Origin: Prochlorococcus marinus subsp. pastoris str. CCMP1986
Lineage (GTDB): Bacteria > Cyanobacteriota > Cyanobacteriia > PCC-6307 > Cyanobiaceae
Direction: 5' to 3'
NCBI RefSeq assembly: GCF_000011465.1
Contig: NC_005072.1
Coordinates: 690,001-722,000, forward strand
DNA length: 32,000 nucleotides
A program made the translations under genes and the position numbers. The notes beneath the pieces are model-generated. The model worked only from the letters and a program-made list of their open reading frames with translations. It was not told where the DNA came from and did not search any database. Every line of letters starts with the position of its first letter. Within the stretch, counting starts at the first letter, position 1. Shown piece by piece: positions 16,121 to 24,888 of this stretch.

Positions 16121-17346
16121 AAATTTCTTATCCAAATTTTATTAATTTCATTACATATTTTTTCGTCTCCAGAAATACTTAAAAAGGGTCTTTTAAAATA
16201 TTTTTTAGTTACTTTCAAAATATCTGCGGAGTTTACATGATTAATTTTATTTATAAAATCATAATTTTGGTCTAATGAATATCCCATGTATTGAATCTTT
16301 CTATGTAATATTTCGTTTAAAGTTTGGTTAGATATTAGAAATGAACTTTTCAATTTAATCTTTGCTAAATAAATATCCTTTTCGATAATTGGAGAAGATA
16401 ATAATTTTCTCCATAATTCTGATAAGATTTCAAATGCAAGAAGCGCATTTTTATTAGAGACAGAAAAGTAAATTAAAAAAGGAGAATTTTCTTTTCTACA
16501 GGGGTTATAGACCCCAACTTCATATGTTAAACCTTTCCTTTCTCTAAATAATTTGAATAAGACAGAAGTCATTCCATACGATAGATGTGATTCTAAAATT
16601 TTCAAAGGTAAGTATTCATGGCTTGATATCGGACATGTTTGATTGCCTAACATTAAAATTATTTGATTCGACTTCTGATATGTGCTTACAAACCTATTCA
16701 AAAGATTAGGATTATTGTTGTAATTTTTGCTTTCTAATTTATGAGTAATTTTATTTTGGTCAATATTTTGGTTTAATAAATCAAAACTTTTATTTTTGAT
16801 TTTTAAATTATTAGAAATTAGATACTTATTTCTATTTTTAAAATTCTCATATTCAGATAAAATATCATTATGAGTAATTTTTAAAATATCTTCTTCATAT
16901 CCAGAAGAGTTATAAGCGTAGGAATGTTTTAAATAAACAATTTTTCTCCATTTTTCAAAGGTAATATTAAATGGATTTTCCCTATCTTTTTTTAAGGTAT
17001 TAATAGTTGATTTCTTTACATTTTGGAATTGGTTATATGAGAGTATTGGTTCATTAATAATTAAATTTATTAAAGGTAAAAGTTTATTAAAATGTTCATC
17101 TAATGATTTGAGGCTTATTATCATACCGTCCTCTAATGTCTCTAGATTTAGTTCCGCTCCATGTGAATCGACATACTCTGAAAAAGCTAAATTTTCAAAA
17201 CCTTTACATCCTCTGGTTAATAATGAGCAAAGAATTTGATTGATTCCTTTTTTCTCTTCAATATCCATATTGCTTCCACCATTTATCCAAACCATCGCAA
17301 TTGAAAAATTCCGACTAATTTTTGTTTCGTAATGTGCTTTTGTCAT
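16117..17346 (-). CDS. M16 (pitrilysin/insulinase) family protein, non-catalytic subunit type
   Basis: 409-aa ORF with M16 two-domain length and layout. The zinc-motif position reads GINQILCSLLTRG instead of HxxEH. ATGA overlap with the upstream M16 gene (17343-17346). Confidence 0.8.
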   Translation of the reverse strand: MTKAHYETKISRNFSIAMVWINGGSNMDIEEKKGINQILCSLLTRGCKGFENLAFSEYVDSHGAELNLETLEDGMIISLKSLDEHFNKLLPLINLIINEPILSYNQFQNVKKSTINTLKKDRENPFNITFEKWRKIVYLKHSYAYNSSGYEEDILKITHNDILSEYENFKNRNKYLISNNLKIKNKSFDLLNQNIDQNKITHKLESKNYNNNPNLLNRFVSTYQKSNQIILMLGNQTCPISSHEYLPLKILESHLSYGMTSVLFKLFRERKGLTYEVGVYNPCRKENSPFLIYFSVSNKNALLAFEILSELWRKLLSSPIIEKDIYLAKIKLKSSFLISNQTLNEILHRKIQYMGYSLDQNYDFINKINHVNSADILKVTKKYFKRPFLSISGDEKICNEINKIWIRNF

Positions 17347-18593
17347 TTGCCTGTTGATGCAATCAAAGTAAATTTATTTCTTGATAAATAATTTATGATT
17401 TCCTTAAAGTTATTTGTATTACTCCAGTAATCTAAATGATTATTTAAATCAATTAGAGTATTTTTCCTCCCCCATAAAAGCTCATTTCCAAAAAATGAAG
17501 TTAATTGTGTTGACGTTTCTAGATTAAAAATATAGTTACTTTTAACGATATTAATTGCTTTTCTAATCTCATTTAAAGTTAAATTTTTACAACTTACAAC
17601 CTCTTGAATTGTTTCATTAATTTCTTCCTCTACGTTTTTTAAATTTATTTCATCGCAGCAAGCTTCAATTACTAATAAGCTACCAAATTCTCCACCATTT
17701 ACATCTACATATATTGATTCAACTAGGTTCCTTTCTTCCTTTAAAACTTTTACTAATCTACTATTTCTTCCTACACAAAGTATTGATGCTAATATTTCAA
17801 ACCCGATATTCATTTTTTGATTCTTTAGGCTTGGTATACTCCATGCCATGAATATTCTAGCCAATTCAATATTCTTAAAATTAATCTCTTCTCTTCCAGT
17901 GCTTGCGACTAAAATTGATTTGTTATTATTTTTTATTTGAGAAGTTTCATTAGGATCTAGATAAGAAAAGTTATTTTCGTGATATATTTCATAAGTTTTC
18001 TCAGATATATTTCCAGCAATAGCAATACAAAAATTATTCTTTTTGTAAAAGCTTTTGTGAAATTTTTCTAAATCAGCTTTTTTTAATGATTGAAGATTTT
18101 TTTCTGTGCCTAATATTGTTTTGCCATATTTATTATTCTTCCATACTCTGCTTAAAAAATAATTAAAAAGTTTTTCATCAGGCTGATCATTTTGTTGTTT
18201 TATTTCATCCATGACAACACTTTTCTCTTTTTCAAATTCATCAATATTAATGCTTGGAGATAAAACAATGTTTGTCAAAAGAGCCAGTGATTCTTTAAAG
18301 TTATTTTCAGGTATTAATACATAGTAATGTGCATCATCATATCCAGTTGAAGCGTTGCTCATCCCCCCAAGAGATTCGATCTTATAATCAAATTCTCCTG
18401 GCATTAATTTATTAGTACCCTTAAAAATCATATGTTCTAAAAAATGAGCTGTTCCGTCTCTATCTGATTCCTCAAATGCAGATCCTGCTTTAAACCAAAA
18501 ATCTATGCATACAAGAGGTAATTCTTTATTTTCCACAAAAACGCATTTAGGTTTGCTTGAATGGTTAAAGTATTTAACTTCTCCTGGGTTCAT
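17343..18593 (-). CDS. M16 family zinc peptidase, catalytic subunit type
   Basis: Inverted zinc motif HxxEH in GTAHFLEHMIFKGT, plus downstream E in the EKSVVMDEI region. The ORF-track version (to 18656) starts at a TTG and would overlap pcyA head-to-head. ATG at 18593..18591 (MNPGEVKYF...) is the more plausible start. Confidence 0.88.
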   Translation of the reverse strand: MNPGEVKYFNHSSKPKCVFVENKELPLVCIDFWFKAGSAFEESDRDGTAHFLEHMIFKGTNKLMPGEFDYKIESLGGMSNASTGYDDAHYYVLIPENNFKESLALLTNIVLSPSINIDEFEKEKSVVMDEIKQQNDQPDEKLFNYFLSRVWKNNKYGKTILGTEKNLQSLKKADLEKFHKSFYKKNNFCIAIAGNISEKTYEIYHENNFSYLDPNETSQIKNNNKSILVASTGREEINFKNIELARIFMAWSIPSLKNQKMNIGFEILASILCVGRNSRLVKVLKEERNLVESIYVDVNGGEFGSLLVIEACCDEINLKNVEEEINETIQEVVSCKNLTLNEIRKAINIVKSNYIFNLETSTQLTSFFGNELLWGRKNTLIDLNNHLDYWSNTNNFKEIINYLSRNKFTLIASTGK

Positions 18594-18633
18594 TGAAATC
18601 CTTTCCTTATTATAATTTTGATACTTTTTAAAC

Positions 18634-19359
18634 TTGTTGTCTAAATCTTTAACCAAAACTAAATTAATTGACCCACTTATTTTGACTTTATTGCAAAATA
18701 TAAAGGTTCAAAGGTCTAAGCTTAATGACCTCAATTGCATAGAGGTAGATCCTAAGCTTTCAAATATAATTTCCAATGAAGAAGGTAAGGAGCTATATAT
18801 AGAAAATGAATTTTATAAAGCAAAAGGATTTAGAAAGTTACATATTGAAGTGGCTGAATTTTCAAAAAGTCTAAAGATTCTACATTGCGTATTTTTCCCA
18901 GACCCAAAGTATGATATTCCAATATTTGGAATGGATTTAGTTAAAGTTAATGAACTAGTTTCAGCAGCTATTGTTGATTTATCTCCTTCATCGAAGAACC
19001 AAAATTTAAAATATGATCATTTATTGTCTCATATTGATAAAAGTGTTTTTAAATCTAAAAGGGAAATTCCAATCTGGGGAAATATTTTCTCTAAAAATGT
19101 TTTTTTTGCTTCCTTAAAAAATGAAAGTGAAAAAAATGCTTTTTGTAAAATAGTTGATAATTATCTTTCTGTTTTAATTCAATTAAGTCAAAGCACTAGT
19201 CCTGATTCTGATTATGAAATAATTGAAGAAAGAATTAATTATCAAAAAAATTATTGTGTTCAGCAAATGAAAAACGAAAAAACAAGTTTAGTTTTGCTTA
19301 AATATTTTGATAAAGTATGGGTAGATGAATATATCAAAAAAGTATTATTTGATTTTTGA
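18634..19359 (+). CDS. pcyA: Ferredoxin-dependent bilin reductase, most likely phycocyanobilin:ferredoxin oxidoreductase
   Basis: 241-aa [50 protein letters not shown] matches the FDBR family core (FRK.H.E.A......ILH.V.FP....D.P.FG.D.V). The size and its position apart from ho1/pebAB favour PcyA over PebA/PebB. TTG start (18634 or 18637); there is no N-terminal in-frame ATG. Confidence 0.75.
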
Positions 19360-20273
19360 TGTTTATAAATAATTTTAAAAATATAATCTTTTATTTTTTG
19401 ATATTTTTACCATTATCGATCGGAATAAGTTCATGTTCTCAAAATAAAAAATTAAATTCTAATTCTAATATAGAAATAACTTCTGATTTTACTCCTGTAA
19501 TAGAAGCAGTCGCAGCATTAGGTCAACTTTCTCCAGCTGGGGATATTAGGCAATTATCAGCACCAATCTCTCAATTTGGATCATCTCCTCGTTTGTCTGA
19601 ACTACTGGTGAAGGAGGGCGATTTTGTCAAGAAAGGTTCAGTACTAGCCGTTTTTGAAAATAGAGAAAAATTAGTTGCAGATCTTGAAAAGAAGAATAAC
19701 CTTATCAAAACTAATATTTTAGAGATTTCATTAAAAGAAGATCAAATTAAAAGATATGAATTAGCCGTTGAAAATTCAGCATACTCATTAATAAAACTTT
19801 CTCAGAGAAAAGATGAATTGTTAAAATTACAAAAACAAAAAATAATTAACGTTGGCGATAAAAAAAACATTGAGATAGATCTTTTTAACTCTCAACTTAG
19901 AAGCCCAATTGATGGCTATATCCTTGATGTTAATACAAGAGTTGGAGAAAGATCTAAAAACGAAGGGATACTTGATATTGGCTCAAGTCAGAATATGGAG
20001 GCTCTTATAGAAGTCTATGAATCTGATATAAATAGAGTATTTATCTCGCAAAATGTTGAATTAAGTAGTGAAAATGGAGGCTTTAAAAAAATTCTAAAAG
20101 GGGAAGTAATAAGAATTAGCCCACAAGTAAAACAGAGAAAGGTCTTATCCACAGACCCTACAGGTGATGCGGATGCTCGTATTATTGAAGTTCTTGTAAA
20201 GTTAAATCCGGAATCCATAAAATTAGTAAAAAACTATACTGGTATGAAAGTTATTGCAAAATTCCTCCCTTGA
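19359..20273 (+). CDS. devB: DevB-family ABC exporter membrane fusion protein (HlyD-like), lipoprotein-type signal
   Basis: The core AALGQLSPAGDIRQLSAP...GSSPRLSELLVKEGDFVKKGSVLAVFEN is typical of DevB MFPs. A coiled-coil middle section follows. The N-terminal signal has the lipobox-like ISSC. ATG 19359 overlaps the pcyA stop (TGATG). Confidence 0.85.
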   Translation: MFINNFKNIIFYFLIFLPLSIGISSCSQNKKLNSNSNIEITSDFTPVIEAVAALGQLSPAGDIRQLSAPISQFGSSPRLSELLVKEGDFVKKGSVLAVFENREKLVADLEKKNNLIKTNILEISLKEDQIKRYELAVENSAYSLIKLSQRKDELLKLQKQKIINVGDKKNIEIDLFNSQLRSPIDGYILDVNTRVGERSKNEGILDIGSSQNMEALIEVYESDINRVFISQNVELSSENGGFKKILKGEVIRISPQVKQRKVLSTDPTGDADARIIEVLVKLNPESIKLVKNYTGMKVIAKFLP

Positions 20274-21445
20274 TAAATTTTTCTTTCATAAAATTTAGGA
20301 AAATCCCTTTAGCTTGGTTGCTACTTACAAGACAGCCACTCAGATTAATAGTTGCTATTGCAGGAATCAGCTTCGCGGGGATTTTAATGTTTATGCAATT
20401 AGGCTTTAGAGATGGATTATTTGATACAAGTGTAACCATTCATAAACTTTTGGATGCTGATCTTGTGTTGATAAGTCCAAGATCAAAAAGTTCCATAAGT
20501 ATGAGTGGATTTCCAAAAAGAAGACTAATTCAAACTTTAGCTTTAGAAGACGTTGAAAAAACTGCCCCTGTTAACTTAACTTACCTTCTCTGGAGGAACC
20601 CAGAGAATCTAAAAACAAGATCTATTTTAACCTTAGGATTTAATCCTTCAGATTCTCTTTTACTAGATGATGGATTTTCAAGAAAGGCTGATAAACTTAA
20701 AAATCCAGGAAGAGTTCTTTTTGATAAACTTTCAAGACCAGAATTTGGGCCTATAGAAGATTGGTTTCTTTCGGAGAAGAGAGTAGAAACCGAAGTTGCT
20801 GGTAAAAGAGTACTAGTTGAAGGTCTTGTTGAGTTAGGTCCTTCCTTTGGAGCAGATGGAAACCTCATAACAAGTAGAGAAACATATCTAAGGCTTTTCC
20901 CTGCTAATCCAAAAGGAAGTATTGAAATAGGTTTAGTGAAACTGCAAAATGGTTCAAATCCTATTCTGGTATCTGAAATTTTAAATAAGTCTTTACCGAA
21001 TGATGTTCGTGTTTTAACAAAAGATCAATTTATAGAATTTGAAAAAAATTATTGGAAAAACAGTACCGCGATTGGCTTTATATTTAGTTTAGGAGCTTTA
21101 ATGGGCTTTGTAGTTGGTTGCGTTGTTGTGTACCAAATACTTTATAGCGATGTTACTGATCATCTTCCTGAATATGCAACCTTGTTAGCTATGGGGTATA
21201 GATTAAAGACTTTGTTTTTTGTTGTAGCTAGAGAAGGCTTTTTATTAGCATTATTTGGCTATTTGCCTGCTTATTTTTCTGGGCAAATACTTTATTCAAT
21301 TATCCGAAATTCTACGAAATTACCCATTGTAATGGATGCCAATAAAACAATTTTAATTTTTATTTTGGTTTTGGTTATGTGTATGGGTTCTGCTGGGATT
21401 GCTATGCGTAAATTAGTCGATGCAGATCCTGCTGAAATATTTTAA
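20270..21445 (+). CDS. devC: DevC-family ABC exporter permease (FtsX-like)
   Basis: 391-aa ORF. N-terminal IPLAWLLLTRQPLRLIVAIAGISFAGILMFMQLGF is typical of DevC. Three TM helices in the C-terminal FtsX domain. This conserved N-terminus forces a TTG start at 20270, overlapping the devB stop (CTTGA). Confidence 0.85.
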   Translation: MINFSFIKFRKIPLAWLLLTRQPLRLIVAIAGISFAGILMFMQLGFRDGLFDTSVTIHKLLDADLVLISPRSKSSISMSGFPKRRLIQTLALEDVEKTAPVNLTYLLWRNPENLKTRSILTLGFNPSDSLLLDDGFSRKADKLKNPGRVLFDKLSRPEFGPIEDWFLSEKRVETEVAGKRVLVEGLVELGPSFGADGNLITSRETYLRLFPANPKGSIEIGLVKLQNGSNPILVSEILNKSLPNDVRVLTKDQFIEFEKNYWKNSTAIGFIFSLGALMGFVVGCVVVYQILYSDVTDHLPEYATLLAMGYRLKTLFFVVAREGFLLALFGYLPAYFSGQILYSIIRNSTKLPIVMDANKTILIFILVLVMCMGSAGIAMRKLVDADPAEIF

Positions 21446-21459
21446 CTAGAATTATTTAT

Positions 21460-22182
21460 ATGCCTAAATCTATCAATAAAAAAGATAAAAATTCAAAAAC
21501 TGTTTCTATAAATAATTTGAGTCATTATTATGGAATTGATGAAAATAAGAAACAAGTACTTAATAATGTAAATTTCTTTATTGAAAAAGGAGAGTTGGTT
21601 CTTTTAAAAGGACCCTCTGGATGTGGTAAGACAACTCTTCTAACTTTAATTGGTGCATTGAGAACATGCCAAAGTGGAGATTTGACAGTTTTAAATAATC
21701 AACTAAATGGGGCTTCAAGAAAAACTAGACAAAAACTTCGAAGAAGTATAGGGATGATTTTTCAGGGACATAATTTGCTTAGATGTTTAACAGCAGAACA
21801 AAATGTTCAGATGGGAGCAGATTTAATTACAAATTTAACGTACTTACAAAGAAGAGAATTAGCAAGGAAGTGGTTATCTGCGGTTGGTTTAGAGGACCAT
21901 CATAAAAAACTACCAAATGGATTGTCAGGAGGCCAGAAACAGAGGGTTGCAATTGCAAGAGCATTATCCGCGAATCCCAAACTTTTACTTGCGGATGAAC
22001 CTACTTCAGCTTTAGACAGTGTCACTGGAAGAGAAATAGTTTCACTTTTACGAAAATTAGCAAAAGAGCAGAATTGTTCTGTCCTTATGGTTACTCATGA
22101 TCCAAGGATTTCAGATATGGCGGACAGGATATTAAACATGGAAGATGGTAAGATATTTAATGCACTTAGTGAGCTAAGATAG
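21460..22182 (+). CDS. devA: DevA-family ABC transporter ATP-binding protein
   Basis: Walker A GPSGCGKTT, Q-loop, ABC signature LSGGQKQRVAIARAL, Walker B LLLADEPTSALD, H-loop VTHD. Confidence 0.93.
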   Translation: MPKSINKKDKNSKTVSINNLSHYYGIDENKKQVLNNVNFFIEKGELVLLKGPSGCGKTTLLTLIGALRTCQSGDLTVLNNQLNGASRKTRQKLRRSIGMIFQGHNLLRCLTAEQNVQMGADLITNLTYLQRRELARKWLSAVGLEDHHKKLPNGLSGGQKQRVAIARALSANPKLLLADEPTSALDSVTGREIVSLLRKLAKEQNCSVLMVTHDPRISDMADRILNMEDGKIFNALSELR

Positions 22183-22204
22183 TTAAAAGTAAAAAAGAAT
22201 TTTT

Positions 22205-22354
22205 ATGTCAAAGAGAAGAAATTTAAAAAAAGAAAAGCAAGACCGTAATCGTGCATATGCTAGAAAATTTAAAAAAAGAAAGCTTAGATCTGATGGTAGA
22301 CCAGAAGGAAATAACGTTGCTGGAACAGCTAATAATGGCGGAGCAGCTGATTAG
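22205..22354 (+). CDS. Small highly basic protein (49 aa). Not in the ORF track.
   Basis: ATG 22205 to TAG 22352..22354 gives MSKRRNLKKEKQDRNRAYARKFKKRKLRSDGRPEGNNVAGTANNGGAAD. It starts 22 nt after devA on the same strand as its neighbours. The competing antisense ORF 22223..22429 is Phe/Ser/Ile-rich, as expected for the mirror of Lys codons. Confidence 0.45.
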   Translation: MSKRRNLKKEKQDRNRAYARKFKKRKLRSDGRPEGNNVAGTANNGGAAD

Positions 22355-22409
22355 TAGAAATTTGGATCTTTTGTATTTTAAATTCTGTATATTAAAAACT
22401 AAATAATAT

Positions 22410-23327
22410 ATGGTTATGAACGTAAGCATCGTTATTCCAACTTATAATAGAAAACCAATATTGGAAAAATGTCTAAAAGCCCTTGAGAAGCAGAACTTAA
22501 ACGAGAATATCAGTAATTATGAAGTAATAGTTGTTGATGATGGCTCTACGGATGGCACAACCTATTGGATAAAAGATAATTATGAAGTTCTCCCTCATGT
22601 GGTCTTATATGAACAAGAACATGGCGGACCTGCTCTAGGAAGAAACTTAGGTGTAATGAAATCTAAATATGAAATTATCATTTTCATCGATAGTGATCTC
22701 ATTGTTTTAGATGACTTTATAGCCTGTCATGTAAATAAACTATTATTCTCTTGGAGTAAAAATACTAAAAAATGCTTTACTTATGGTTCAGTTATTAATA
22801 CTTCTAATTTCTCGAATCCAGAAAGTGAAAGATATAAATTAACTGATTTTTCCTTTGCATACTTTGCTACTGGAAATGTTGCTATTTCAAAAGAATTACT
22901 TTTAAGTGTTGGATTATTTGATAACTCTTTTAGCCTTTATGGGTGGGAAGATCTTGAGCTGGGAGAGAGATTAAAAAAATTAGGAACAAAATTAATTAAA
23001 TGTCCAGAAGCTGTTGGATTTCATTGGCACCCCCCTTTTGATTGTGGGCAAATTGAATCATTAGTATCCCAAGAAAAAGAGAGAGCAAGGATGGCTTTAA
23101 TATTTTATAAAAAACACTCAAATTTGAGAGTTAGATTTATGATTCAATTAACTCCGATTCATATTCTGCTTTGGCAAATAATTTGTCTGGGGGGATTGAT
23201 AAGTATTAAAAGATTATTACCGTTATTAAGATTTCTAATTGATTCAGGGAGAAATAGAATTGCATTAGAGATTGTTAGAATTCCGCTCAATTTAATTTAT
23301 GTAAAAGAACTTAGAAGATTAATTTAA
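22410..23327 (+). CDS. Family 2 glycosyltransferase (GT-A fold)
   Basis: VSIVIPTYNR at the N-terminus, VIVVDDGSTDGT, and a DxD-like FIDSDL. C-terminal hydrophobic segment. Confidence 0.85.
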   Translation: MVMNVSIVIPTYNRKPILEKCLKALEKQNLNENISNYEVIVVDDGSTDGTTYWIKDNYEVLPHVVLYEQEHGGPALGRNLGVMKSKYEIIIFIDSDLIVLDDFIACHVNKLLFSWSKNTKKCFTYGSVINTSNFSNPESERYKLTDFSFAYFATGNVAISKELLLSVGLFDNSFSLYGWEDLELGERLKKLGTKLIKCPEAVGFHWHPPFDCGQIESLVSQEKERARMALIFYKKHSNLRVRFMIQLTPIHILLWQIICLGGLISIKRLLPLLRFLIDSGRNRIALEIVRIPLNLIYVKELRRLI

Positions 23328-23378
23328 ATTTTAAAAATTAATCTTAAAGATATTCTTTTAGGATTTCTGATTATTTGC

Positions 23379-23477
23379 TACAATATTAAAAACTAAAACC
23401 ACACATCTGACTGTTTCGGGTGATTTAAATATTTAAATTTCCCGTCGGATGGAGGCTAACCCGAAACTTATTCAAAC
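23379..23477 (+). promoter_or_regulatory. rpsB promoter (-10 TACAAT at 23379..23384) and a structured 5' leader of about 85 nt
   Basis: Perfect 9-bp stem GTTTCGGGT (23413..23421) / ACCCGAAAC (23459..23467). It encloses a tandem palindrome ATTTAAATATTTAAAT (23423..23438) and a GGAGG at 23451..23455. The stem closes 10 nt before the rpsB ATG. Confidence 0.35.
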
Positions 23478-24182
23478 ATGGCTGTTGTATCACTATCTGA
23501 AATGATGGAAGCTGGTGCCCACTTTGGGCATCAAACTAGACGTTGGAATCCCAAAATGTCTAAATATATATATTGTGCGAGAAATGGGGTTCATATTATT
23601 GATCTTGTTAAGACTGCTCTATGTATGAATAACGCTTATAAGTGGACAAGGAATGCTGCAAAAAGTGGAAAAAGATTTCTTTTTGTAGGTACGAAGAAGC
23701 AAGCATCAGATGTTGTTGCTCAAGAAGCTGTTAGATGTGGTGCTGCTTATGTGAATCAGAGATGGTTAGGAGGTATGCTTACCAACTGGACTACTATGAA
23801 AGCAAGAATAGAAAGATTGAAAGATCTTGAGAGAATGGAAAGTAGTGGGGCTATCGCTATGCGACCAAAAAAAGAAGCGGCAGTTTTGAGACGAGAATTA
23901 GAACGCTTACAGAAGTATTTAGGCGGTCTTAAAGGTATGAGAAGACTACCTGATGTAGTTGTTCTTGTAGATCAAAGAAGAGAATCTAATGCTGTTCTTG
24001 AAGCTAGAAAATTAGACATTTCTTTAGTTTCAATGTTAGATACTAACTGTGATCCTGATTTGTGTGAAGTCCCTATTCCATGCAATGATGATGCAGTGAG
24101 ATCTGTTCAACTTATTTTAGGGCGACTTGCAGATGCAATTAATGAGGGAAGAAAAGGTTCTAACGATCAAAGAAAAAATTAA
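23478..24182 (+). CDS. rpsB: 30S ribosomal protein S2
   Basis: [27 protein letters not shown]... is a canonical S2 N-terminus. 234 aa. Confidence 0.98.
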   Translation: MAVVSLSEMMEAGAHFGHQTRRWNPKMSKYIYCARNGVHIIDLVKTALCMNNAYKWTRNAAKSGKRFLFVGTKKQASDVVAQEAVRCGAAYVNQRWLGGMLTNWTTMKARIERLKDLERMESSGAIAMRPKKEAAVLRRELERLQKYLGGLKGMRRLPDVVVLVDQRRESNAVLEARKLDISLVSMLDTNCDPDLCEVPIPCNDDAVRSVQLILGRLADAINEGRKGSNDQRKN

Positions 24183-24226
24183 TTTATTTTCAAACTTTAA
24201 TAAAAACAAAAACATTATCTTTTTAA

Positions 24227-24883
24227 ATGGGAAACATTACAGCAAAACTTGTTAAGGATCTTAGAGATAAGACCGGAGCAGGAATGATGGATTGCAAAAA
24301 GGCTTTAAACGAGACAGATGGAAATGTTGAAAAAGCCTTAGAATGGTTAAGGAAGAAAGGTATAGCAAGTGCAGAAAAGAAATCAGGAAGAGTTGCTGCT
24401 GAAGGTTCTATTGGCAGTTATATACATACGGGTTCAAGGGTGGGTGTTCTTTTAGAACTAAATTGTGAAACTGATTTTGTTGCTAGAGGAGATATATTTC
24501 AATCTCTTTTAAAAGACGTATCTATGCAAGTTGCTGCATGTCCAAATGTAGAATATGTTTCTATTGATCAGATACCAAAAGATATAGTCGAAAAAGAGAA
24601 ACAAATAGAAATGGGTAGAGATGATTTGTCTGGTAAACCAGAAAATATTAAAGAAAAAATTGTTGAGGGAAGAATAGCTAAAAGACTAAATGAGTTGGTC
24701 TTGCTTTCTCAACCTTACATAAAAGATAGTGCACTTACAGTTGAGGATCTTGTGAAACAAGCAGCAGCTAAAATCGGTGAAAATATCAAAGTTAGACGTT
24801 TTACTAGATATACATTAGGCGAGGGTATTGAAAAAAATGAGATGGACTTTGCTGATGAAGTCGCATCTTTAAAGTCAAACTAA
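24227..24883 (+). CDS. tsf: Elongation factor Ts
   Basis: [22 protein letters not shown] (UBA-like N-terminal domain) and [10 protein letters not shown]. 218 aa, directly downstream of rpsB. Confidence 0.97.
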
Positions 24884-24888
24884 AAAAC

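Noticed and set aside
18634-18656. Apparent 23-nt head-to-head overlap of the M16 peptidase and pcyA 5' ends
   Set aside because: It is an artefact of extending the peptidase ORF to an upstream TTG. Using the ATG at 18593 (MNPGEVKYF...) removes the overlap and gives a normal M16 N-terminus, although the remaining 40-nt divergent spacer is still very short.
20015-20868. Minus-strand ORFs 20015..20218, 20251..20439 and 20581..20868 within devB/devC
   Set aside because: They are antisense to well-supported DevB and DevC coding sequences, with no motifs.
22223-22429. 68-aa minus-strand ORF between devA and the glycosyltransferase
   Set aside because: It overlaps the GT2 start codon region. Its composition (F/S/I-rich) mirrors the basic plus-strand 49-aa ORF, which fits the local gene orientation better.
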